From Myxococcota bacterium (lineage in GTDB: Bacteria > Myxococcota_A > UBA9042 > PHBI01 > JAWLBL01), in NCBI GenBank assembly GCA_041687695.1, contig JAWLBL010000006.1, positions 128,001 to 192,000 on the forward strand: a stretch of 64,000 nt of DNA, read 5' to 3'. The position numbers were made by a program, and so were the translations under genes. A model generated the notes under the pieces. That model was not told the DNA's origin, searched no databases, and worked only from the letters and a program-made list of their open reading frames with translations. Numbering within the stretch: the stretch's first letter is position 1; each line of letters starts with the position of its first letter. Shown in pieces: positions 1 to 9,152 of the stretch.

Positions 1-614
1 GGCGCGGCGCCCGGCGCGGTCCAGGTGTAGGCCCGCTTGACGACGTGGCCGTGCAGCTCGGGCGACAGGTGGGCGCCGTAGGCCAGGGCCAGCGCGGCCT
101 GCAGGCTGGCCAGCTCCAGCGCGTCCTCGAAGGGCCCCTCCAGCTCGACGAGCCAGCGGCCGAGGGCCTGCGACTCGAGCGGGTCGGCGATGAGGCTCAC
201 CGACATGGGCACCACGTCGAGCAGGCCGCCGCGGAAGCGCCGGGGGGCCTGCGCGAAGGGGCCGGCCAGGGCGACGCGGCGCGCGGCGCACCAGTGGACG
301 ACGCCCGCGTCGAGCGGGCGGAGGCGGTCGCCGTCGCAGGGGACGAGCAGGCCGTGCGCGACCCCGTCGGTCAGCAGGTCCGAGGCGGCGTCCCCCCAGC
401 CGGCGGCGGTGAGGGCGGCGGTGAAGGCGGCGCGGGTGTCGGTCCAGGCGCCGCGGCTGTGGCGCGTCAGGTGCAGGGCCAGGTCGCCGACGGCGTCGAG
501 CAGGCGGTGGCGCGCGTCGAGCCCGAGGTCGGCGAGCCGGTCGTCGACGCGCGCCTCGATGAGCGCCAGGCGCGCGTCCGAGGGCAGCAGGGCGAAGTCG
601 GAGGTCGAGAGCAT
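1..614 (-). CDS. Hypothetical protein, 3' end runs off the window
   Basis: ATG at 614 with GGGAG RBS upstream. Reads MLSTSDFALLPSDARLALIEARVDDRL... with strongly G/C-ending codons and stays open to the left edge. No motif recognised. Confidence 0.6.
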   Translation of the reverse strand, partial: MLSTSDFALLPSDARLALIEARVDDRLADLGLDARHRLLDAVGDLALHLTRHSRGAWTDTRAAFTAALTAAGWGDAASDLLTDGVAHGLLVPCDGDRLRPLDAGVVHWCAARRVALAGPFAQAPRRFRGGLLDVVPMSVSLIADPLESQALGRWLVELEGPFEDALELASLQAALALAYGAHLSPELHGHVVKRAYTWTAPGAA

Positions 615-1041
615 GGGGCGGGCTCCCAGCCGAGCGAGCGGGTGGGGCGCGGCGGGCGCTCGGGGTGCGGCGGCCGGGCGTCGGGGGCGCCGGATCGGCC
701 GGTCCGTGGGCGCGTGCCGGCGCTGGGGCGCTCGGTCGGCCTGGTCGTCGAGGGGAGGGGGGGCCGGGTCCGCGCCACCGGGGAGGGGCGCGGTGGGGCG
801 CTCGCGGCTCGTTCGAGCGGAGGGCGCCATGGCACGTGCTCCAAGCCGACCACGCCGCGGGCCATGCGTCCATGTTCCGCCCCTTTGGGGTGGTCCTCGG
901 GTTGCAAACCGGCGAGACGAGGGGCGCATCGGCGGGCGTCCCACGTTGTCGCGACGGTGACGACGGTGGTATGAAGGTCGGGCGTCGCCGCGCCGGGCTC
1001 GCCACGTCTGGAGCAACGCAGGACGCGCCCAGGGAGGAGCC

Positions 1042-1965
1042 GTGGCCAAGAAACAACCGACGCCCGGCGGCGCGGCCGCCGACACGCCGGACCCGGCCAG
1101 CCAGACCTCGCGCCTGTCCTTCGACGACCTGTTGCGCGCGGTCTCCAAGGGCCGCCCGCGCCTGGTCGTGGTCGAGGGCGGCAGCCTCGGCGCCATGGTC
1201 GAGATCGGCGAGGCGCCGCTGACCATCGGGCGCGACCCGGCCAACGCCCTGATGCTCGAGTCCAACGGCGTCAGCCGTCACCACGCGGTCGTCGAGTACG
1301 CGGGCGACGCGGTGGTCGTGCGGGACCTCGGCTCGAAGAACGGCACCTACGTCAACAAGGTGCCGACCAAGGAGCAGACGCTGAGCGACGGCGACCTCAT
1401 CCACGTCGGCGCGACGATTCTCAAGTACCTGGCCGACGACAACGTCGAGCACTCCTACTACCAGTACCTGCACCAGGTGACGGTGCAGGACCCGCTGACG
1501 CAGATCCCGAACCGGCGCTACTTCGACGACTTCCTCCGGCGCGAGATCGCCCGCAGCACGCGCTACGGCCGCCCGCTCACGCTGCTCATGATCGACGTCG
1601 ACCACTTCAAGCAGATCAACGACACCTACGGCCACGTCTGCGGCGACGCCATCCTGCGCGAGCTGGCCCAGGTGGTCAGCGCGCGCCTGCGCCAGAGCGA
1701 GTTCCTGGCCCGCTACGGCGGCGAGGAGTTCGCCCTGGTCCTGCCCGAGACCGACGCCGCCGGCGCGCGCACGGTCGGCGACAAGCTGCGCGGCCTCGTC
1801 GAGCAGCACCCCTTCGTCTTCGGCGCCGAGCGCCTGAACGTCACCATCAGCCTGGGCGGCGCCACCTGGACGCGCGACATGGCCGACGCAAGGGACCTGG
1901 TCGCCGCCGCCGACGAGCGCCTGTACCAGGCCAAGCGCGAGGGCCGTAACCGCGTCGTCGTCTGA
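1042..1965 (+). CDS. FHA-domain diguanylate cyclase (FHA-GGDEF)
   Basis: FHA motifs (TIGRD, VSRHHA, DLGSKNGTYVN). GGDEF motifs DPLTQIPNRR, DVDHFKQINDTYGH, RYGGEEF. GGAGGAG RBS before GTG. Confidence 0.93.
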   Translation: MAKKQPTPGGAAADTPDPASQTSRLSFDDLLRAVSKGRPRLVVVEGGSLGAMVEIGEAPLTIGRDPANALMLESNGVSRHHAVVEYAGDAVVVRDLGSKNGTYVNKVPTKEQTLSDGDLIHVGATILKYLADDNVEHSYYQYLHQVTVQDPLTQIPNRRYFDDFLRREIARSTRYGRPLTLLMIDVDHFKQINDTYGHVCGDAILRELAQVVSARLRQSEFLARYGGEEFALVLPETDAAGARTVGDKLRGLVEQHPFVFGAERLNVTISLGGATWTRDMADARDLVAAADERLYQAKREGRNRVVV

Positions 1966-1976
1966 GCCCCCGAACG

Positions 1977-2013
1977 CGAACGCCCCGAGCGGCCAGGGCC
2001 GTCGAGGCGTTCG
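1977..2013. terminator. Hairpin between convergent genes (possible bidirectional terminator)
   Basis: CGAACGCC...GGCGTTCG outer stem with inner CGGCC/GGCCG stem, located between the stop codons at 1965 and 2032. No U-tract. Confidence 0.45.
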
Positions 2014-2031
2014 GGTGAGCCGGGTGCGCGC

Positions 2032-3276
2032 TCAGAAGTCGAACGAAGCGTCCAGGTAGATGGCCTGCATGGTCAGCTGGTAGTCGCCGGCCTTCGAGCA
2101 GGACAGACACACCTGCGCGCCCTGCAGGTCGTCGGTCGTGACGGTCGCCTCACCGGTCCGATAGGCGTAGGCGGCGTTCAGCTGCCAAGAGTCGAACTCG
2201 TATCCGGCGCCCAGCGTCACGGTGTGCGACTCGTTCGGCGGGGTCCCGAAGGCGGTCGGATACTGCTTGTTGCCGACCTTGCCGTCCCAGACGTAGCCGA
2301 CCCGCAGCGGCAGCTGCGGCTTGGGGCGGAACTCGACCCCGGGCCGAAGGGTCCAGGCGTCCTCCCACTCGAAGAAGTTGTTGATCTCGAGGGGAGTGCC
2401 GTCCGTCTCGGCGCGGATGACGGCGCGGTCGTTCTGGCTCTGGAACCCGTACTCGGCGTCGAAGACGACTGAGACCGGGGCCGGAACGCCCAGCGCGTCC
2501 AAATCGGCGCGCACGCCGAACCCGAGCTTCGAGGGCAAGGTGAAGGTGGTCGTCGTCTTGCCGCGCTCCGCGTTGAGGATGAACGACGAGTCCGCCTCGA
2601 TCTCCGTGTCGGTCTTGTGACGGTAGGTCGCGCCAAACTCGAGGCCGTCCATCGGGCTCCACTGCAGGCCCGCACGCACGCCCCCGAAGCTCCAGCCGAC
2701 CAGATCCAGGTTGAAGAGCTTGGGATCCTCGACCCGCCCCTTCTCGCGCAGCAGGGACACGCGCGTCATCCGATATCCCACGCCGAGCTTCACGTCTCCG
2801 GGGAGGTCGAAGCTGAGTCCGGGCGAGATCTCGACGAAGATGAGCGTGGTCGCGTCGTAGGTGGCGACGCCGGCGGCGTTGTCGTAGGTGTACTCGGCGC
2901 CAGCGGAGGCGACCGGATAGGCGGCCAGCCCCGCGGTCAGCCAGTCGTTGATGCGATACGAGGCACCCAACAAGGGGAAGGGGGCGACGGTCGTATCCGA
3001 ACCGACCTCGACGTCGTTGCGGTCGGGCGCGGAGGTGATCTCGCCGACGAGCAACGTGCCGTGAACGATGAAGGAGAGGTTCTCGGTGTGGCTCAGGCCC
3101 GCGGGGTTGTGAAAGAGCGCCGAAGGATCGTTCACGTAGCCGATCGCGGCACCACCGAGGCCCATGTGACGGGCCGTATAGAGGATGGGCGTGTCGTAGC
3201 CTGCCGCCAGGGCGGAACCAGAGGTTCCGGCCCCGGCGGCCAGGGCCGCGAACGCCGTGACGAGCGTTCGGCGCAT
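2032..3276 (-). CDS. FadL/OmpP1/TodX-family outer-membrane transporter
   Basis: Signal peptide, N-terminal hatch motif ARHMGLGGA...DPSALFHNPAGLS, alternating beta-strand pattern and C-terminal Phe (ASFDF). Confidence 0.88.
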   Translation of the reverse strand: MRRTLVTAFAALAAGAGTSGSALAAGYDTPILYTARHMGLGGAAIGYVNDPSALFHNPAGLSHTENLSFIVHGTLLVGEITSAPDRNDVEVGSDTTVAPFPLLGASYRINDWLTAGLAAYPVASAGAEYTYDNAAGVATYDATTLIFVEISPGLSFDLPGDVKLGVGYRMTRVSLLREKGRVEDPKLFNLDLVGWSFGGVRAGLQWSPMDGLEFGATYRHKTDTEIEADSSFILNAERGKTTTTFTLPSKLGFGVRADLDALGVPAPVSVVFDAEYGFQSQNDRAVIRAETDGTPLEINNFFEWEDAWTLRPGVEFRPKPQLPLRVGYVWDGKVGNKQYPTAFGTPPNESHTVTLGAGYEFDSWQLNAAYAYRTGEATVTTDDLQGAQVCLSCSKAGDYQLTMQAIYLDASFDF

Positions 3277-3280
3277 CAGC

Positions 3281-3814
3281 TCACTCGCTCGGCGGGGTCA
3301 GGCCGGTGCACTCGTAGAACGCGGCCGTGCAGCCGGCGTCCTGCTGGCACTGCGTGCACACCGCGGCGCTCGGGTCCGCGGCGCACTCGCCGACGCAGTT
3401 CGTGATGGTGCAGGCGACGATGTCGCCGTAGCACCCGGCGCACTCGTCCGTGATGGTGTGGGTCTGCTGGATGCAGGTGATCGAGCACTGACGCTCGTCG
3501 GCCTCGCCCAGGCAGCCGAGGCCGCAGCTGGAGGCGGTGCCGTTGACGTTCTCGGTGCTGACGATGGCCAGGTCCGCCGCGTTGGTGCAGGCGCCCGCCG
3601 GCTGGACGGTGTCGTCGGTCACGTCGCCGGTCGTGTCGTCCTCGACCGTGTCGTCCTCGACCGTGTCGTCCTCGACCGTGTCGTCCTCGACCTCGGCCTG
3701 AGCGTCGCTCGTGTCGGTGATGGGGGTCGTGTCGCCGTCGTTGCTGTCGCAGCCGGTCGCCAGCAGCGCCAGCGCGCCGATGGCCGCCACGAGGCCCATG
3801 TTGAACATCTTCAT
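3281..3814 (-). CDS. Cys-rich lipoprotein with acidic DDTVE-repeat linker
   Basis: ATG at 3814 with GAGGAG RBS. Lipobox ATGC, 15-bp tandem repeat encoding DDTVE, and a C-terminal multi-Cys domain. Ends 4 bp before the FadL-type gene. Confidence 0.8.
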   Translation of the reverse strand: MKMFNMGLVAAIGALALLATGCDSNDGDTTPITDTSDAQAEVEDDTVEDDTVEDDTVEDDTTGDVTDDTVQPAGACTNAADLAIVSTENVNGTASSCGLGCLGEADERQCSITCIQQTHTITDECAGCYGDIVACTITNCVGECAADPSAAVCTQCQQDAGCTAAFYECTGLTPPSE

Positions 3815-4049
3815 CGTCGAGCTCCTCAACGTACGCACGCGCGGGCGCCCACTCGGGCACCACGGGTCAGGTTCACGTGACGTTATTGCGTCGCGTCAGT
3901 AACCCAATCACCGAAGGCCGTCCAGATCAAGGGTGTCCGTCCCTGTAGCCGCCGTGGGGAAACGGCGCGCGCTTCGCGCTTGCTGTTCTCGGCCCCGTCT
4001 CTAATGTTGGGCCCGTTCCTCGGGACCCCCGCGGTCAAGGAGACGCGTG

Positions 4050-5414
4050 ATGCACAGCCCCAGAGCCCCGCGAGAGGTCGAGCTCGACCGGTCGATGACC
4101 TCCAGCGGCATCGAGCTGACGCCGGGCATGCCCATCTGCCAGACGGACCTCCCGCTCGACTGGTACCAGGCCGAGTTCAAGCCGTACGCCGAGGAGTACC
4201 TCGCGCTGCCGGACCGCACGCCCGAGACCGTCCTGCCCTGGATGGACCGCTACATCGTCCCCGCCCTCGAGCACTTCGGCGATCGCCTCATGCTGCTCGC
4301 TCACTATTACATGGGCGGCGAGATCGTGAAGCTGGTCGAGCGCTACGGCGGCCGCATCGCCGACAGCTACGAGCTGGCGCGGCAGGCCTTCCTGCACCCC
4401 GAGGTGACGACCTTCGTCGAGTCGGCCGTGCACTTCATGGCCGAGACCATCGCGCTGCTCAAGCACGACCACCAGGACGTGTGGATCACCAACCCCAAGT
4501 CCGGCTGCACGATGGAGGCCCTGGCCAAGGAGGCCATGATCGAGCCGGTCTTCGACGAGCTGCACGACCACTTCGGCGACGATCTGCTGGTGGTCGCCTA
4601 CATGAACACCAGCGGGCGCGTCAAAGCGATGGCGGGCCGCACCGGCGGCTCGGTCTGCACCAGCGCCAACGCCGGCCTCATCATGCAGTGGGCGCGGTCC
4701 AAGGGTAAGCGCATCTTCTTCGTGCCCGACCGCCACCTGGGCGAGAACTCGGGCCGCCAGGTCGGCATCTCGCCCGACCGGATGTACCTGTGGCCGGGCG
4801 GCTGGGCGGGCCGGCAGGTCCGCATCGACGCCATGACCCCGGCCGAGCGCCGCCGCCTCGAGGACAGCGAGCTCATCCTGTGGGACTCGTACTGCGGGGT
4901 CCACATGGTCTTCAAGCCGGCCCACGTCGACTACTGGCGCGAGCGCGACTACCGCGTGCTGGTCCACCCCGAGTGCACCCACGAGGTGGTCAGCGTCGCC
5001 GACGGCGCCGGCTCGACCAACTTCCTGTGGAAGGAGGTCATGACCGCGCCCGCGGGCAGCAAGTTCGCCATCGGAACCGAGGGCCACTTCGTCCGCAACG
5101 CCATCGACCAGGCCCGCCGCCGCGGCGTCGACATCGTCAACCTCGCCGACATCCCCGACCCGGCCTTCGGCGCCCTGGGCTGCGGCTGCGCGACCATGAG
5201 CCGCAACGACCCGCCGCACCTCGTCGCCATGCTCGATCTCTTGCGCAAGGGCACGCCCCCGGACCTCAACCGCGTCCTCGCCGGCGACGCCGTCGACGAG
5301 CGCTCCGGCTGGCGCGAGCGCCTCGACCCGACCAGCCGCGCCGAGCTGGCCGCCGACGCCCGCCGCGCCCTCGAGAAGATGATCGAGCTGACCGAGGCCG
5401 CCAAGAAGGCCTGA
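4050..5414 (+). CDS. nadA: Quinolinate synthase
   Basis: LAHYY, ADSYEL, VHFMAET, GCTME, YMNTS, CTSANA, FVPDRHLGEN, CGVH, VHPEC, GTE and CATM motifs, including the three Fe-S cysteines. AAGGAG RBS. Confidence 0.95.
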   Translation: MHSPRAPREVELDRSMTSSGIELTPGMPICQTDLPLDWYQAEFKPYAEEYLALPDRTPETVLPWMDRYIVPALEHFGDRLMLLAHYYMGGEIVKLVERYGGRIADSYELARQAFLHPEVTTFVESAVHFMAETIALLKHDHQDVWITNPKSGCTMEALAKEAMIEPVFDELHDHFGDDLLVVAYMNTSGRVKAMAGRTGGSVCTSANAGLIMQWARSKGKRIFFVPDRHLGENSGRQVGISPDRMYLWPGGWAGRQVRIDAMTPAERRRLEDSELILWDSYCGVHMVFKPAHVDYWRERDYRVLVHPECTHEVVSVADGAGSTNFLWKEVMTAPAGSKFAIGTEGHFVRNAIDQARRRGVDIVNLADIPDPAFGALGCGCATMSRNDPPHLVAMLDLLRKGTPPDLNRVLAGDAVDERSGWRERLDPTSRAELAADARRALEKMIELTEAAKKA

Positions 5415-5439
5415 GCCCTTTGGTCTTCATCTGAAAGTG

Positions 5440-5473
5440 CGAAGCCCCGGAGAGTGACCTCTCCGGGGCTTCG
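5440..5473. terminator. Intrinsic terminator-like hairpin between convergent genes
   Basis: Perfect 15-bp stem CGAAGCCCCGGAGAG / CTCTCCGGGGCTTCG with a 4-nt loop, and short T runs a few nt downstream on each strand. Confidence 0.8.
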
Positions 5474-5497
5474 TCGTTTCGTCTCAGCGAGTCGGGA

Positions 5498-6820
5498 TCA
5501 CGGGCACTGGCGCGGATTCAGGCCGGACGGGTCCGAATTGGCCAGGCCGGTGCCGCAGTTGTAATAGCCGCCGTTGGTGTCCCAACCGCAGGTCTGGCCG
5601 GCGGGGCAGGTGCCCTCGACCAGCGGCGGCGACTGGGTGTCGTCGCAGTACTTCAGGTAGTCGGTGGCGGCGCAGCAGCCCTCGTAGGTGACGCCGCCGC
5701 AGGGGTCGGTGCTGGTGACGCACTGGCCGGAGGCGTTGCAGGTCGCGCCGCCCGAGCAGGTGCCGCAGGTGCCGCCGCAGCCGTCGGAGCCGCACTGCTT
5801 GCCGCTGCAGCTGGGCGTGCAGGTCGAGACACACTGGCCCGTGGCGTTGCAGGTCGCGCCGCCCGAGCAGGTGCCGCAGGTGCCGCCGCAGCCGTTGGAG
5901 CCGCACTGCTTGCCGTTGCAGTTGGGCGTGCAGGTCGAGACACACTGGCCGATCTCGACGTCGCAGACGGTGCCGCCCGAACAGGTGCCGCAGGAGCCGC
6001 CGCAGCCGTTGTCACCACACTGCTTGAAGGTGCAGTCCGGCGTGCAGGTCGAGACACACTGGCCGGTGCCGGAGTTGCAGGAGGCGCCGCCCGAGCAGGT
6101 GCCGCAGGAGCCGCCGCAGCCGTCGTCGCCGCACTGCTTGCCGTTGCAGTCGGGCGTGCACGTGTCGTCGCAGAAGAACTCGAACGGGTCGCAGGTCGTG
6201 CCGCCGGGGCAGGTGCCGCAGGAGCCGCCGCAGCCGTCGGAGCCGCACTCCTTGAACTCGCAGTCCGGCTCGCAGCCGCCCACGCACTGGCCGGTGGCCG
6301 CGTTGCACGTGCCCTCGGCGCAGGTGCCGCAGGAGCCGCCGCAGCCGTTGTCTCCGCACTGCTTGCCGGCGCAGTCCGGCGTGCACGAGCCCGGGATGCA
6401 CAGGCCCAGCTGGCACGACTCGCCCGCGCCGCAGGTGCCGCAGGAGCCGCCGCAGCCGTCGTCGCCGCACTGCTTGGTCAGGCAGTCGGGCGTGCACGAG
6501 CCCGGCACGCACGCGCCGGCGCTGCAGAAGGTGCCCTCGCCGCAGGCGCCGCACGAGCCGCCGCAGCCGTCGTCGCCGCACGCCTTGCCGGCGCATTGCG
6601 CCGTGCAGGTCGTCGAGTCCGGCCCCGGCTCGGTCGTGTCCTGGTCCGTCGTGGTGTCGGTCTTGGTGTCCGCTTGCGGCGGCTGGCACACCGGATGGGT
6701 CGGGCTGGCCTGGCAGTCGACGAACCCGCCGCCGCCGCCGCCGCCAGGTGAGTCGCACGCGACGAGCATGAGGGCGGGCAGGGCGAGCGCCCCGAGGGCG
6801 ACGGTGAGCAGGCGTGACAT
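5498..6820 (-). CDS. Cys-rich repeat lipoprotein
   Basis: Lipobox LVAC, eight ~38-aa repeats containing CGxxGCGG(S/T)CG(T/A)C, and a C-terminal 8-Cys module. Confidence 0.85.
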   Translation of the reverse strand: MSRLLTVALGALALPALMLVACDSPGGGGGGGFVDCQASPTHPVCQPPQADTKTDTTTDQDTTEPGPDSTTCTAQCAGKACGDDGCGGSCGACGEGTFCSAGACVPGSCTPDCLTKQCGDDGCGGSCGTCGAGESCQLGLCIPGSCTPDCAGKQCGDNGCGGSCGTCAEGTCNAATGQCVGGCEPDCEFKECGSDGCGGSCGTCPGGTTCDPFEFFCDDTCTPDCNGKQCGDDGCGGSCGTCSGGASCNSGTGQCVSTCTPDCTFKQCGDNGCGGSCGTCSGGTVCDVEIGQCVSTCTPNCNGKQCGSNGCGGTCGTCSGGATCNATGQCVSTCTPSCSGKQCGSDGCGGTCGTCSGGATCNASGQCVTSTDPCGGVTYEGCCAATDYLKYCDDTQSPPLVEGTCPAGQTCGWDTNGGYYNCGTGLANSDPSGLNPRQCP

Positions 6821-6852
6821 GGGTAGAACCTCGACGGGTAAAGGTTGGTGGA

Positions 6853-8160
6853 TCAGTCGGTCGCGTCGTCCGCGGCAGCGTCGGGGGCCGCCGAATCGGC
6901 TTGGGTGACGTCCGCGGCGTCGGGTCCGAGGTCGTCGTCGGCGTCCGGCGTCGTGTCGACCGAGGCGTCGTCGGCGATCTCCTCGATGACCTCGGTCGCG
7001 CCGGCGTCGGGCCCAGGCTCGACGGCCTCGACAGCCTCGACGGCCTCGACCGGCTCGGGCCCGGGCTCGACCGCCTCGGGCCCGGGATCGGGCTGCACCA
7101 CGGGGTCACAGCCGATCGGGAACTGGCCGCTGGGGTCGGCCCCCTGGTGGCCGCAGTCGTAGTAGCCGGGGATCTCGGGGTTCCACCCGCAGCCGGCGGC
7201 GCCGCAGTCGAAGGTCTGGAGCTGCCCGTCGCCGTCGCACCAGGTCAGCACGGTCAGGTCGCAGCAGCCCTCGTAGGGCACCCCGCCGCACGCCTGGTCG
7301 ACGCACAGCCCGTCGGCCCCGCACGCCTGGCCCGCGGCGCAGCTGCCGCAAGACTGCCCGCAGCCGTCGTCGCCACACTGCCGCCCGACGCAGCTGCACG
7401 CCTGGCACTGCCCGGCCGCGGTGCAGAACTCGCCCTCGCTGCAGTCACCGCACGCGACGCCGCACCGGAAGCCGCACTCGCGCCCCGCGCACGGGGCCTC
7501 GCAGCTCTCGCCCGGGCACAGCCACGGCAGCGCGCCGCTGGGCTCCGGCCGCGCCTCGGCCATGCAGTCGTAGTAGCCCTCGGCGGGGTTCCAGCCGCAC
7601 GCCGGGAACTCGGTCCCGGCCGCGCAGGCCAGCTCCGCCAGCTGCCCGTCTTCGGCGCAGAACAGGACCGATCCCGCCGCCGTGCAGCATCCGTCGTAGC
7701 CGACCGCTCCGCATTGCGGCTTGGGCTTGCAGGTGGCGTCGCTGGCGCAGATCTGGTCCGCAGGACAGGTGCCGCACACGTTGCCGCACGCGTCCTGTCC
7801 GCAGTCCTTGCCCGCGCACTTGGGCGGCGCGGCGCGGCCGCCCTGGCAGACGCCGGCCTGGCAGGTCTCCTGGATGCGGCACAGCCCGCCCGTCGCGCAG
7901 GGCGTCCCGTCGGGTCGCGGCGACAAGGCGCAGAACCCCGCCGCGGTGTCGCAGACCGGCGTGGTGCACGGGTCGCCCGCCAGCGCGGCGCAGTCCCCGT
8001 CGGCGCTGCACGCCACCGGGCCCGAGGCGTCCACGTCGCCGTGGCCGTCGGGGCGGTCGCGGCCGTCGTCCTCGTCGGGTGGATCGGGGCACGCGGCCAG
8101 GGCGGCGGCGGCCAGGGCGCAGGCGACGAGGCGGGCCAGGGTTGCGGGCGAGAGTGACAT
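6853..8160 (-). CDS. Cys-rich lipoprotein
   Basis: ATG at 8160, lipobox LAAC, CGxDxCGxxCGxC repeats, two copies of the same 8-Cys module as the downstream gene, and an acidic Pro/Glu tail. Confidence 0.8.
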   Translation of the reverse strand: MSLSPATLARLVACALAAAALAACPDPPDEDDGRDRPDGHGDVDASGPVACSADGDCAALAGDPCTTPVCDTAAGFCALSPRPDGTPCATGGLCRIQETCQAGVCQGGRAAPPKCAGKDCGQDACGNVCGTCPADQICASDATCKPKPQCGAVGYDGCCTAAGSVLFCAEDGQLAELACAAGTEFPACGWNPAEGYYDCMAEARPEPSGALPWLCPGESCEAPCAGRECGFRCGVACGDCSEGEFCTAAGQCQACSCVGRQCGDDGCGQSCGSCAAGQACGADGLCVDQACGGVPYEGCCDLTVLTWCDGDGQLQTFDCGAAGCGWNPEIPGYYDCGHQGADPSGQFPIGCDPVVQPDPGPEAVEPGPEPVEAVEAVEAVEPGPDAGATEVIEEIADDASVDTTPDADDDLGPDAADVTQADSAAPDAAADDATD

Positions 8161-8274
8161 CGGGTCTCGACAGGGGGCGCGTGTGCCGCCCCCGGAAGCA
8201 AGGGCGCGCAATCTAGCGAAGCGGACCGGGCGGGCGCAAGGCCGGCGGCGGCATCCGGCGCGGGCCGCCCGCGC

Positions 8275-9087
8275 TCAGGGCACGATCACGGTGCCGACCG
8301 AGCCGGGATCGGCGACCTCGGCCGGCCACGCGCCCGGCTCGAGCCCGCTGGCGATCTGCACGGAGGCGACGCCCGCGGCCAGGGCGGCGGCGGCCTCCTC
8401 GACCTTGGGGATCATCCCCTCGCGGATGGCGCCCTCGGCGATGAGGGCGCGCGCCTCGGCGACCGTCATGCGGCCGATGCGCGACGCGGGGTCGGCGGCG
8501 TCGCGACGGACCCCGTTGGCGCCCGTGAGCAGCAGCAGGCTACGCGCGCCCAGGGCAGCGGCGATGGCCGCGGCGGCCGCGTCGGCGTTCACGTTGTAGA
8601 TCTGCCCGTCGCGCCCCACCGCCAGCGAGCTGACGCAAGGTGTCCAGCCGCCCTCGAGGACGTGCGCCACCAGCCGCGTGTCGACCGAGACGATCTCGCC
8701 CACCAGGCCCAGGTCGGCGTCGGGCGCGCCCGCCAGGCGAGACTCGGGTCCGCCGCGGCGCACGGCCGTCAGCAGCCCGCCGCCCACGCCCGAAAGCGCG
8801 ACCGCCGGCACGCCCGCCCGCACAAGCGCCGCCTGCAGATCCAGCGCCGCCTGCCCGGCCAGCGCCATCTTCACGACCTCCAGCGTCTCGGGGTCGGTCA
8901 CCCGCTGCCCGCGCACCCGCGTCGCCACCAGCCCCAGCCGCTCCTGCAGCCGGCTCGCCTGCGGCCCGCCCCCGTGCACCACCACCAGCGCCTGCCCGGC
9001 CGCCCGCGCCGCCCGCACGTCCTCGGCGAACCGGTCGCACGCCGCCCGGCTGTCCACCACCTCGCCGCCCACCTTCACCACGATCAT
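8275..9087 (-). CDS. argB: Acetylglutamate kinase
   Basis: MIVVKVGG, VVVHGGGPQ, GQRVTD, YNVNADAAA and GMIPKV motifs. GGAGG RBS before ATG at 9087. Confidence 0.9.
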   Translation of the reverse strand: MIVVKVGGEVVDSRAACDRFAEDVRAARAAGQALVVVHGGGPQASRLQERLGLVATRVRGQRVTDPETLEVVKMALAGQAALDLQAALVRAGVPAVALSGVGGGLLTAVRRGGPESRLAGAPDADLGLVGEIVSVDTRLVAHVLEGGWTPCVSSLAVGRDGQIYNVNADAAAAAIAAALGARSLLLLTGANGVRRDAADPASRIGRMTVAEARALIAEGAIREGMIPKVEEAAAALAAGVASVQIASGLEPGAWPAEVADPGSVGTVIVP

Positions 9088-9152
9088 CCGCGCGCCTCCC
9101 GCAGGGCCGTTCACGTGGACCCCCGCCGCGCGGTGGTGTACCACGGGGCTCC

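Noticed and set aside
901..990. Possible c-di-GMP-I (GEMM) riboswitch upstream of the diguanylate cyclase (GCAAACC...GAGA...GGGGCGCA)
   Set aside because: The stem around the GNRA-like loop does not pair, and the downstream AAGC and second-stem motifs are missing. TTGCAA and TGGTATGA are more simply explained as promoter elements. An Infernal scan would settle it.
1042..1965. Hypr-type (cGAMP-producing) GGDEF enzyme
   Set aside because: The specificity position is the canonical Asp (GHVCGD), not Ser/Thr.
3840..4049. NAD-sensing riboswitch or NrtR box upstream of nadA
   Set aside because: No recognisable conserved structure or palindrome could be supported by eye.
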